Shown here: positions 8,977 to 17,068 of the stretch, piece by piece
Layout of the letters: every line of letters begins with the position of its first letter
Numbering within the stretch: position 1 is the stretch's first letter
Origin: Acidimicrobiales bacterium
GTDB lineage: Bacteria > Actinomycetota > Acidimicrobiia > Acidimicrobiales > VFJN01
Length of the DNA stretch: 64,000 nucleotides
Assembly: GCA_035316325.1 (NCBI GenBank)
Contig: DATHJB010000135.1
Location: forward strand, 10,249 to 74,248
Reading direction: 5' to 3'
Translations under genes and position numbers: made by a program
The notes under the pieces: model-generated
What the model was told of the DNA's origin: nothing
Database searches by the model: none
What the model saw: the letters and a program-made list of their open reading frames with translations, nothing else

Positions 8977-9779
8977 CCGGCGCCATGCGGAAGCTCGAGA
9001 TCACCGGGCTGACGAAGACCTTCCCCGGCCGGCGCAAGGCGCCCCCGGTGGAGGCTCTGGGCGGTGTCGACCTGCACGTCGACGAGGGCGAGCTCGTCTC
9101 GCTGATCGGCACCTCGGGGTGCGGGAAGTCGACGCTGCTGCGGATCGTCGGCGGCCTGGAGCGTGCCGACGGCGGCGAGGTGCTGGTCGACGGCGAGCCC
9201 GTGATCGGCCCGGGGCCGGACCGGGGGATGATCTTCCAGGGGTACTCGCTGTTCCCGTGGCTGACGGTGGCCGGCAACATCAACTTCGGGCTGAAGCTGG
9301 CCGGCGTGCCGTCGGGTCGCCGCTCGCAGCGGGTGGCCGAGCTGCTGGGCGTCATGGGGCTCGCCGAGCACGCCGGCCGCCTGCCCCGGGAGCTGTCGGG
9401 CGGCATGCGCCAGCGGGTGGCGATCGCCCGCGCCCTGGCTCCCGAGCCCGACGTGCTGCTGCTGGACGAGCCGTTCGGGGCGCTCGACGCCCAGACCCGC
9501 CTGTCGATGCACGAGTTCCTGCGGTCGGTGTGGCACCGCACGGGTGCGACGATCCTGATGGTCACCCACGACGTGGACGAGGCCGTGTACCTGTCGCGCC
9601 GGGTCTACGTGATGCACGCCCATCCGGGGCGGATCGTCGACGAGGTGCAGCTGCCGTTCGAGCCCGGGCTCGGCCCGTCGATCAAGCGCAGCCCGCAGTT
9701 CCTCGACATCCGTGACGAGATCCACGAGGCACTGGTGTCGGAGGACGCCGCGGAGCGTGAGCCGGCGTCGTCGTCGTAG
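8973..9779 (+). CDS. ABC transporter ATP-binding protein, NitT/TauT family
   Basis: C-terminal 268 aa of track ORF 8283..9779. Walker A GTSGCGKST, signature LSGGMRQRVAIARAL, Walker B LLLDEPFGALD. ATGA overlap with the permease gene. Confidence 0.9.
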   Translation: MTGAMRKLEITGLTKTFPGRRKAPPVEALGGVDLHVDEGELVSLIGTSGCGKSTLLRIVGGLERADGGEVLVDGEPVIGPGPDRGMIFQGYSLFPWLTVAGNINFGLKLAGVPSGRRSQRVAELLGVMGLAEHAGRLPRELSGGMRQRVAIARALAPEPDVLLLDEPFGALDAQTRLSMHEFLRSVWHRTGATILMVTHDVDEAVYLSRRVYVMHAHPGRIVDEVQLPFEPGLGPSIKRSPQFLDIRDEIHEALVSEDAAEREPASSS

Positions 9780-9837
9780 CTCGTCGGATCCCCGTGCGTA
9801 GTGACGGGAGCACGTCGCGTCCCATTTGCCGAGGGCG

Positions 9838-9866
9838 TTGACGATGTAAGGCGCGCTCCTTAACCT
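9838..9866 (+). promoter_or_regulatory. candidate promoter giving a leaderless TetR mRNA
   Basis: TTGACG (9838-9843), 17-nt spacer, TAACCT (9861-9866). ATG 9875 follows 8 nt after the -10 hexamer. Confidence 0.35.
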
Positions 9867-9874
9867 TGTGGGCC

Positions 9875-10513
9875 ATGGGAGCCGGCAGCGCAGCACGTGA
9901 GGCGATGATCGATGCCGCAGAGCGGCTGGTCGCCGAAGAGGGCGTCGCCGCCTGCTCGCTGCGTGAGGTGCAGGCCCTCGCCGGGCAGCGCAACAAGTCG
10001 GCGGCCCACTACCACTTCGGCTCCCGTGACGGCCTGGTGGAGGCCATCGTCGAGACCCGCATGGGGCCCATCAACGCCGCCCGCCTGGCCCTGATCGACG
10101 AGCTCGACGCCCAGGGCCGCGGCGACGACCTGCGCGGTCTGGTCGAGGTGCTGGTCGACCCGCTCGCCGACGCCACCCTGCGCCGGCCGGGCAGCGCCTA
10201 CGCCCGCTTCCTCGCCCACGTGCTGGACGACCCGAAGACCACTGCCGCCGTCGCCCGCCACCTGCAGGCCGAGAGCATCCGGATCACCCGGCAGCGGTTG
10301 GCCGCCCAGATCGCCGACGTGCCCGACGAGCTGCGGGACGTGCGCATCGATCGGGCCATCGGGATGCTGATCATCTCGCTGGCCGCGTGGGAGGACCTGC
10401 CGGGCCCGCACGAGACGCGGGTGGCCGACCTGGTCGACGCCTGCGTCGCGGTCCTGCAGGCGCCGCTGTCGGCACGGACCCGGGCCGCGATCGAGGGGGA
10501 GGCGGCGACGTGA
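9875..10513 (+). CDS. TetR family transcriptional regulator
   Basis: Track ORF 9866..10513 (TTG). In-frame ATG at 9875. HTH MIDAAERLVAEEGVAACSLREVQALAGQRNKSAAHYHFGSRDGL. Confidence 0.8.
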   Translation: MGAGSAAREAMIDAAERLVAEEGVAACSLREVQALAGQRNKSAAHYHFGSRDGLVEAIVETRMGPINAARLALIDELDAQGRGDDLRGLVEVLVDPLADATLRRPGSAYARFLAHVLDDPKTTAAVARHLQAESIRITRQRLAAQIADVPDELRDVRIDRAIGMLIISLAAWEDLPGPHETRVADLVDACVAVLQAPLSARTRAAIEGEAAT

Positions 10514-11772
10514 GCGCACGTTCGCTGGAGATGTCGGAGCGGTTGTGGACCGGCGAGCTGGAGCCCGGCGAGGTCCACCCGGTGGTCGTGAACAGCGACC
10601 TCGACGAGGTGGCGCCCGGCGTCGCCTTCGTGCCCGCGTTCGGGAGCATCTGCGCCTTCGACCTGGGCGACGAGCTGCTGCTGGTCGACACCGGCAACCG
10701 CTTCCTGGCCCGCCGCAACTTCGAGCGGGTGCGGGGCTGGACCGCAGCGCCGCTGACCACCGCCGTCTACACGCACGGGCACATCGACCACGTCTTCGGG
10801 CTCGGGCCGTACGAGGCGGAGGCCGCCGAGAAGGGCTGGCCGCAGCCCCACGTCGTCGCCCACCGCGACCTGCCCAAGCGCTTCGACCGCTACGTGCTCA
10901 CCGCCGGCTACAACGGCGTGATCAACGCCCGCCAGTTCAAGATGGGCACCTTCGACTGGCCGACGGACTACCGCTACCCGGACCAGACCTACGACGACCG
11001 GCTCGACCTGGTCGTCGCCGGCGAGCGCTTCGAGCTGCACCACGCCATGGGCGAGACCGACGACCACACGTGGACGTGGGCGCCCGACCGGCGGGTCCTC
11101 TGCTCCGGCGACATGTTCATCTGGGCCAGCCCCAACTGCGGCAACCCCCAGAAGGTGCAGCGCTACCCCCGGGAGTGGGCGCTGGCGCTGCGGGAGATGG
11201 CGGCGCTCGAGCCCGAGCTGCTGCTGCCGGGCCACGGCTGGCCGATCGCCGGCGTCGACCGGGTGGTCCAGGCGCTGACCGAGACCGCCGACCTGCTCGA
11301 CAGCCTCGTCACCCAGACGCTCGAGCTGATGAACCAGGGCGCCCGTCTCGACGAGATCGTGCAGGCCGTGAAGGCGCCGCCGGAGCTGCTGGAGCGGCCC
11401 TACCTGCGGCCGATCTACGACGAGCCCGAGTTCGTGGTGCGCAACCTGTGGCGCCTCTACGGGGGCTGGTACGACGGCAACCCTTCTCACCTCAAACCAT
11501 CGGGGGATGCGGCACTGGCCGGTGAGGTCGCGGCGCTGGCGGGCGGCGCCGCGACCCTCGCCGGCCGGGCATTGGAGCTGCTGGCGGGCGGCGACCTGCG
11601 CCTGGCGGGCCACCTGGCCGAGATGGCGGCTCAGGCGGCCCCGGACGACCCGGGCGTCCACAAGGCCCGGGCCGAGGTGTTCGCCGCCCGGGCCGCCGAG
11701 GAGCTCTCCACCATGTCGAAGGGGATCTTCTCCTGGGCCGCCGACGAGTCGTCAGCCCGGGCGGGAGGCTGA
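10510..11772 (+). CDS. MBL-fold alkyl/aryl-sulfatase-like hydrolase (SdsA1/BDS1 type), without the C-terminal SCP-2 domain
   Basis: Track ORF 10387..11772. GTG 10510 overlaps the TetR stop (GTGA). Metallo-beta-lactamase motif YTHGHIDHVFG. Alkylsulfatase dimerisation-domain motif RNLWRLYGGWYDGNPSHLKP. Confidence 0.8.
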   Translation: MSARSLEMSERLWTGELEPGEVHPVVVNSDLDEVAPGVAFVPAFGSICAFDLGDELLLVDTGNRFLARRNFERVRGWTAAPLTTAVYTHGHIDHVFGLGPYEAEAAEKGWPQPHVVAHRDLPKRFDRYVLTAGYNGVINARQFKMGTFDWPTDYRYPDQTYDDRLDLVVAGERFELHHAMGETDDHTWTWAPDRRVLCSGDMFIWASPNCGNPQKVQRYPREWALALREMAALEPELLLPGHGWPIAGVDRVVQALTETADLLDSLVTQTLELMNQGARLDEIVQAVKAPPELLERPYLRPIYDEPEFVVRNLWRLYGGWYDGNPSHLKPSGDAALAGEVAALAGGAATLAGRALELLAGGDLRLAGHLAEMAAQAAPDDPGVHKARAEVFAARAAEELSTMSKGIFSWAADESSARAGG

Positions 11773-11777
11773 AGGCC

Positions 11778-11872
11778 GAGTCATCTGTGGTCGTTCGACC
11801 GGGGTCGAGTCGTTCGTGGTCGGAGACCGACCACAGACGACTCGGGAGTGGCGTGGCGACCACAGGTGACTC
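11778..11872. repeat. 95-bp compound inverted repeat (four copies of a 16-mer, two forward and two reverse)
   Basis: GAGTCATCTGTGGTCG (11778-11793), GAGTCGTTCGTGGTCG (11807-11822), CGACCACAGACGACTC (11828-11843), CGACCACAGGTGACTC (11857-11872). The outer pair matches 15/16 and the inner pair 14/16. Symmetric 13-nt spacers and a 5-nt centre. Begins 6 nt after the sulfatase stop. Confidence 0.8.
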
Positions 11873-11970
11873 GGGTGGCTTGAGCGCGTCATCGGTCAAG
11901 TTCCGGTCGTCGTTCGCCGAACCCGCAACAAGGCGGCCAAGTACCCGCAGGTGTCCAATATCTTCCGGGC

Positions 11971-12813
11971 ATGGCTAACCACATCCATGCCTCCATCGAT
12001 CTCGATGACGCTGTGACCGTCAGCCCGTATTGGGACGACGAGGACGAGCACGACCTCGAGGACGATGACAACGACGGGTGGAGCGTCGAGTTGAACGAAC
12101 GACCGTTGCCACGCGGTGGCGTCGTCGGTCTGATCGTCGGTGTGTTCGAGAACCGGGCCGAGGCTGAGCAACAGGCCGCCGATGTCCGGGAGTTGCTCAG
12201 CTCGTGGGCGGCGAGAGACAGGGATAGGAAGCCACATGTTGAGCCAGCAGAGCGATGGGCGGCCTACTCAGCAGAGGGAGAAGGCACGCCGTGGGGTCTC
12301 ACGCCTCGCATGGCTTGTCAGCTCCACATGGCGGCTGATGTCGAGGCCGACATGCTGCGAGACAACGGACTCGACGACGCTGGCTACGTGCTGCCACGGG
12401 CGGCGCGGCGGGTCGTGACTCCGGAGTTCTGGGGGCGGTTCGTTCAGTGCTTCGAAGATCTGGCTGCTCGCCTGGCTGAGCCAGACGATGACCTCTTGCC
12501 GCGGTGTGTAGGAGAGGAGGTGGCGTTGGCTCACGTAATCGAGCAAGCCAAGTCGCGTTACCTCGACATGTCCGAGGGTTGGGTCGTCGCTGGGCTCGAC
12601 CTTTCAGAGCTGCCGTCAAACCAGGAGCTCGACACCGACTTCGAGCACTACGCCGACGTGTTGTTCGAGGACCGGGACTTCGAGCTGCTGTGGATGCCGA
12701 GGTTCGACGGGATCGAGGACGACGAGGAGCTACAGCAGGAGCTGAGGATCGCGAACCTGCATCCGAGCCGGTGGTTCCTTCCGTTCCGACCTGACGAGGG
12801 CAACGACTCGTGA
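11971..12813 (+). CDS. hypothetical, strongly acidic protein (orphan)
   Basis: Track ORF 11971..12813, ATG start. D/E runs such as DDEDEHDLEDDDND and DGIEDDEELQQE. Many codons that are rare elsewhere in the window (AGA, AGG, TTG, CGA, GTA, CTA, TCA). I recognise no family. Confidence 0.6.
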   Translation: MANHIHASIDLDDAVTVSPYWDDEDEHDLEDDDNDGWSVELNERPLPRGGVVGLIVGVFENRAEAEQQAADVRELLSSWAARDRDRKPHVEPAERWAAYSAEGEGTPWGLTPRMACQLHMAADVEADMLRDNGLDDAGYVLPRAARRVVTPEFWGRFVQCFEDLAARLAEPDDDLLPRCVGEEVALAHVIEQAKSRYLDMSEGWVVAGLDLSELPSNQELDTDFEHYADVLFEDRDFELLWMPRFDGIEDDEELQQELRIANLHPSRWFLPFRPDEGNDS

Positions 12814-12862
12814 ACTGGTCGTCGACCTGCCGTTGATCGGTCGCTCGGTACGCCTTGCTCGT

Positions 12863-13948
12863 CTATTGATCGCCGAGGGTGGCGGCCGCCCGTAGGTGGG
12901 CGGCCAGCTCGGACGGCGGCGTGCGGGCGTTGAGGCCGCTGGTGGAGGGCATGACGTAGACGGGGCGGCCGCCCAGGTCGCTCGGCTGGACGCCCGGTTG
13001 CGCCTTGCGGTCGACCACGGAGCGCCAGCCGGCCAGGCCGACGAAGCAGACCGCGCCCGGCTGCAGCCACTCCACCAGGTGCTCGACACGCCGGAGGCCG
13101 TCGCGGTACTCGGCAGCGGCCAGCTCGTCGGCCCGGGCTGTGGCCCGCTTGACGATGTCGGTCATCCCGACGCCGTGGTCGCGCAGCGCCGCCCGGGGGT
13201 CGCGGTCGACCGACACGATGCCGGCCGCAAGCGCCGCGGGCCAGTACCGGTTGCCCGGCCGGGCGAAGCCGACACCGGCGTCGGCGGCGTAGATGCTCGG
13301 GTTGAGGCCGCACACCAGCAGGCGCATGCCGGCGCCCACGGTGTCGGCCAGGCTGCGGGCCCGCCGGGCGGTCACGGCGAAGCGCCCGTGCGGGTGCTCC
13401 TCCGGGGGGACGTCCGCGTCGATCGCCTCGAACCCGGCGCCCACCAGGAGGTCGGCGAGCCGCGACGGCTCCCACCAGGTGAACAGCCGGCCGGGGAAGT
13501 CGTCGTCGGCGTCGGACACGTCGGTGCCCTCCCCGCCGAACAGCGTGACGTCCAGCACCCCGCCCACCGGCATCACCCGGTGCAGCTCCGCCAGGGCCAG
13601 CGGCAGCCGGGCGGCCGGCACGTGCTGCAGCGACTTGCTGGCCCAGGCCCCACCGAACGCCGCCCGCCGGAACGGCAGCGCCTCCACCTCGCACACCACC
13701 CCGACGACGCCGTCGCCGCCGTGGCGCTCCCGGGCCGTCGCCACCATCGCCGCAGCCGGGTCCGACGCGACGACCGGTCGCCCCAGGTGGGGGAGGTAGT
13801 GCCCGGGCCCGGCTCCCACGTCGAGCCGCCACGCCCCTGCGGGCACCGCGGCCGCGAACGCCTCCGCCCGCTCGGGGGCGTAGGCCCGCCGTTGCCTGGC
13901 GTAGCCGTCGGCCCCGCGCTCGTACGCCTCGACCGTCGGCCGGTCCAT
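12863..13948 (-). CDS. fusion protein: class I SAM-dependent methyltransferase (N-terminal) + G/U mismatch-specific DNA glycosylase (Mug/TDG, UDG family 2; C-terminal)
   Basis: Track ORF 12863..14014, start taken at ATG 13948 ([12 protein letters not shown]). SAM motif LDVGAGPGHY. Mug motifs MRLLVCGLNPSIYAADAGVGFARPGNRYW, GMTDIVKRAT and VMPSTSGLNA resemble E. coli Mug GINPG...HPANRFW...PNPSGLS (from memory). Confidence 0.8.
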   Translation of the reverse strand: MDRPTVEAYERGADGYARQRRAYAPERAEAFAAAVPAGAWRLDVGAGPGHYLPHLGRPVVASDPAAAMVATARERHGGDGVVGVVCEVEALPFRRAAFGGAWASKSLQHVPAARLPLALAELHRVMPVGGVLDVTLFGGEGTDVSDADDDFPGRLFTWWEPSRLADLLVGAGFEAIDADVPPEEHPHGRFAVTARRARSLADTVGAGMRLLVCGLNPSIYAADAGVGFARPGNRYWPAALAAGIVSVDRDPRAALRDHGVGMTDIVKRATARADELAAAEYRDGLRRVEHLVEWLQPGAVCFVGLAGWRSVVDRKAQPGVQPSDLGGRPVYVMPSTSGLNARTPPSELAAHLRAAATLGDQ

Positions 13949-14268
13949 CAGGCGGAGCGGCGCCGTGACGTGGGGCGGCGGGCCCGGGGATCGGGAGGGG
14001 GCGTCGGCGCCCACAGGGCGAGCTGGGCAGGGGCCGAGGCGGCGACGGCGACCGACTGCCAGCGGAGGCGGCCACGGGGGTTGGGGCGGCGGGCCTCGAG
14101 GCGATCGGCGACGAGGGAGCGCCAGGCGCCGTCGGCATCGCGGACGGCGATGCTGCCGTCGCGCTCGAGGCCGATCACCGTGCCTTCCTGCCAGTGGCCG
14201 CCGTCGTGCCGGCGCCAGCGCACCGGCTCGTCGACCCGCAGGCCCAGCTCCGCCGGGTCACCGGGCAC
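13948..14268 (-). CDS. small hypothetical protein, coupled to the methyltransferase-Mug gene
   Basis: Lower part of track ORF 13948..14415. From GTG 14268 onward third positions are nearly all G/C; upstream they are not. Stop and downstream ATG share one base (TGATG). No family recognised. Confidence 0.4.
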   Translation of the reverse strand: MPGDPAELGLRVDEPVRWRRHDGGHWQEGTVIGLERDGSIAVRDADGAWRSLVADRLEARRPNPRGRLRWQSVAVAASAPAQLALWAPTPPPDPRARRPTSRRRSA

Positions 14269-15199
14269 GGGGCGACCCGTCCTCGGGCATCGTAGGAGGC
14301 TCAGCGGATTGGTCCGCCTGGTCTCGTGTCGCGGTGCTGTGCTGCCGGAGGCCCCGCTGTTGGGCAGGTGTTCGGCCGCCAAGTGCCGGACTCGTAGGCT
14401 GCACGATCCCCCCATCCGCGGGGCCTGCGAGCCGGCGCATGCCCGCCAGCCAGCGGTCGTGGTCCGCGGCGCGGCGCTGCTCGAAGGCGGCGACCTCGGG
14501 GTGGGGGAGGATCAGGAAGCGCTCGTCGCGCAGGCCCTCGACCACGGCATCGGCCACGGCGTCGGGGCTGAGGATCCCCTGCACGGCCGCGGCCCGGGCG
14601 CCGCCCGACGGTGGATCGCCGTTGGCGCTGCCGATCATCGGCGTGGCGACCGCCATCGGGCACAGGCAGGACACCTTGATGCCCTGGTCGCCGTAGGTGA
14701 TCGCCAGCCACTCGGCCAGCGCCACCGCGGCGTGCTTGGTGACGGAGTAGGCGGCGTCGCCCGGCTGGCTCAGCAGCCCGGCCGCCGAGGCGGTGTTGAG
14801 CAGGTAGCCGCCGCCCCGGGCCAGCATCCTGGGCACCAGCGCCCGGGAGGCGTAGACGTGCGCCATCAGGTTGACCGACCACACCCGGCCCCAGACCTCG
14901 TCGCCGGCCTCGATGCCCTGGCCGCTGAGGATGCCGGCGTTGGAGGCGAACAGGTCGATCGGGCCCAGCTCGGCCTCGGTGCGCTCGACGACAGCGGCGA
15001 TGTCGGCCTCGACGGTGACGTCGGCCGTGTCGGCCACGCCCCGGTCGCCGATCGCCTCGGCGGTGGCCCGGGCGCCGTCGGCGTCGCGGTCGACCACCAC
15101 CACGGCCCGTGCCCCCTCGGCGGCGAAGCGGAGGCTGAGAGCCCGGCCGATGCCGCTCGCCCCACCGGTCACGACGCAGATGCGATCCGCCAGCTCCAT
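14258..15199 (-). CDS. short-chain dehydrogenase/reductase (SDR)
   Basis: Track ORF 14258..15199. [21 protein letters not shown] motifs. The last ~55 codons look non-coding by codon usage (see findings). Confidence 0.85.
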   Translation of the reverse strand: MELADRICVVTGGASGIGRALSLRFAAEGARAVVVVDRDADGARATAEAIGDRGVADTADVTVEADIAAVVERTEAELGPIDLFASNAGILSGQGIEAGDEVWGRVWSVNLMAHVYASRALVPRMLARGGGYLLNTASAAGLLSQPGDAAYSVTKHAAVALAEWLAITYGDQGIKVSCLCPMAVATPMIGSANGDPPSGGARAAAVQGILSPDAVADAVVEGLRDERFLILPHPEVAAFEQRRAADHDRWLAGMRRLAGPADGGIVQPTSPALGGRTPAQQRGLRQHSTATRDQADQSAEPPTMPEDGSPRAR

Positions 15200-15266
15200 G
15201 CGCCCGATCGTACGCCCGTTCGTACCCGCCTCGCACGAACCCGTCGAGCCGACGGGCGGGGCGGGA

Positions 15267-16247
15267 CTAGGAGATCGCGGCCCGGATCGTCGCCTCGGCC
15301 ACGGCGCGGCGGTCGGCGCCCCACGGCAGCGGCATGAGCACCGGCACGTCGACCCCGGCGTCGACGTAGGAGCGCATCGTGGCGCTCACGGTGTCCTCGT
15401 CGCCCATCACGTCGATGGCGTCGACCATGCGGTCGCTCACCGCCGCGACGGCCCCGGCCCGATCGCGGTCGGCGAAGCGCTCCCGCACCTCGGCGACCTC
15501 GTCGCCGAAGCCGGCCCGGGTGAAGTTGGCGGCGTAGCTGTCGACCACGGCGTAGGAGAAGAGGTCACGCCGGGCCAGCTCCACGCCCTCCTCGCGGGCG
15601 CACACCCCGGCGTGGACGTAGGCGTAGATCGTGGCGTCGCCGCCCTCCCGGACCCGCTCCACCGACCACGGCACGTGCGATGCCGGCAGGTAGTTGAGCA
15701 GCACCCCGTCGGCCAGCTCGCCGGCCAGCCGCAGCATCCTGGGGTTGAGCGCCCCGACCACGATGCGGGGCTTGCGCTCACCCAGGCGCACGCCCAGCCG
15801 GAAGCCCTTGACCTGGTAGAAGTCGCCGGCGAAGTCGACCTTCTCGCCCGACAGGCACAGCCGCAGCAGAGTGACGTACTCGCGCACCTGCGACAGCGGG
15901 TTCTTGCCGTAGGGCACGCCGTGCCAGCGCTCGGTCACCACCGGCGACGAGATGCCGACACCCAGCAGGACCTCCCGCTCGGGCTGCAGCGCCTGCAGGG
16001 TCGCCCCCGCCATCGCCACCAGCATCGGGGTGCGCAGCTGCAGCGCCAGCACGCCGGTGCCCAGGTCGAGCGACGGTGCCGCCGCCCCCGCCGCCGCCAG
16101 CAGCGAGAACGCCTCGGGCCCGGTCGTCTCGGCGGTCCAGAAGCTGCGGTAGCCGCAGTCGGCTGCCAGCCGTGCGGTCTCGACCGCCAGGTCGGGACCC
16201 AGCGTCATCAGCGAAGCGAACGTCACCCCGGCGCGATCCATGCCCAT
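15267..16247 (-). CDS. LLM-class (luciferase-like) F420-dependent oxidoreductase
   Basis: C-terminal 326 aa of track ORF 15267..16469, from ATG 16247 ([13 protein letters not shown]...). [31 protein letters not shown]. Confidence 0.85.
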   Translation of the reverse strand: MGMDRAGVTFASLMTLGPDLAVETARLAADCGYRSFWTAETTGPEAFSLLAAAGAAAPSLDLGTGVLALQLRTPMLVAMAGATLQALQPEREVLLGVGISSPVVTERWHGVPYGKNPLSQVREYVTLLRLCLSGEKVDFAGDFYQVKGFRLGVRLGERKPRIVVGALNPRMLRLAGELADGVLLNYLPASHVPWSVERVREGGDATIYAYVHAGVCAREEGVELARRDLFSYAVVDSYAANFTRAGFGDEVAEVRERFADRDRAGAVAAVSDRMVDAIDVMGDEDTVSATMRSYVDAGVDVPVLMPLPWGADRRAVAEATIRAAIS

Positions 16248-16287
16248 GCCGGCCGACGCTAGCTGCAGGTCATAGGCTCGCTGCCAT

Positions 16288-17013
16288 ATGGACATGACCG
16301 CGGCCGAGGGGCGCGTGCTGGGATGCCTCGTCGAGGCCCAGGTCGCCAACCCCGACGTGTACGCGGTCACGCTCGACGAGCTGCGCTTCTCCTGCAACCA
16401 GATCACCGGGCGCGAACCGGTGATGCTGCTGGACGACCGCGTGGTCGAGGACACGCTGCTGATGCTCAAGTCCCGTGGCCTGGCCCGCTTCGTGACGGCC
16501 GGTCACCGCGCCGGGCCCATCAGCTACCGCCATCGGGCCGACGAGCGCTGGCGGCTGGGCGAGCCCGAGCTGGCGGTGTTGGCGGTGCTGCTGGTGCGGG
16601 GTCCGCAGACCGTCGACCAGGTGTACCGGCTGCTCGACGAGAAGCAGCTGGCCGGCTCCCGCACCGAGGTGGAGGCGGCGCTCGACACGCTGGCGGGCCG
16701 CACGCCCCGGTCGCTGGCCACCCGGTTGGCGCCGTCGGGGCCGGGGCCCGCCCAGCCCGGTGACGTCATGTGGGCAGAGGTGCTGACCGGCCCGCCGCAG
16801 GTCGAGACGCTGTTCCCGGTGCCGCCGCGGTCCCCGGTGGCCGTCCAGCCCGGCAATGCCCCACGGCTGTCGCCCACCCTCGCCGAGGTGGCCGACCGGC
16901 TCACCAACATCGAGCGGCGCCTGGCGGGCATCGAGGCGGCCCTGCAGTCGCTGCGGGGCGCCACCGCACCGCCGGCACCCCGCACCGCCGGCCCCAGCCG
17001 CATCCACCGCTGA
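16288..17013 (+). CDS. DUF480 (YceH-like) family protein
   Basis: Track ORF. EGRVLGCLVEAQVANPDVYAVTLDELRFSCNQITGREPVM, LAVLAVLLVRGPQT and a C-terminal coiled-coil parallel E. coli YceH (from memory). Confidence 0.8.
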   Translation: MDMTAAEGRVLGCLVEAQVANPDVYAVTLDELRFSCNQITGREPVMLLDDRVVEDTLLMLKSRGLARFVTAGHRAGPISYRHRADERWRLGEPELAVLAVLLVRGPQTVDQVYRLLDEKQLAGSRTEVEAALDTLAGRTPRSLATRLAPSGPGPAQPGDVMWAEVLTGPPQVETLFPVPPRSPVAVQPGNAPRLSPTLAEVADRLTNIERRLAGIEAALQSLRGATAPPAPRTAGPSRIHR

Positions 17014-17014
17014 C

Positions 17015-17067
17015 CCGAAACCTCGACGGAGCTGGCGCCATAGCCACCACTTCTGGCGAAGTTTCGG
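17015..17067 (-). repeat. nested-palindrome repeat, copy A (reverse orientation)
   Basis: Reverse complement: CCGAAACTTCGCCAGAAGTGGTGGCTATGGCGCCAGCTCCGTCGAGGTTTCGG. Fills the 55-nt gap between convergent stops at 17013 and 17069. Confidence 0.85.
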
Positions 17068-17068
17068 C

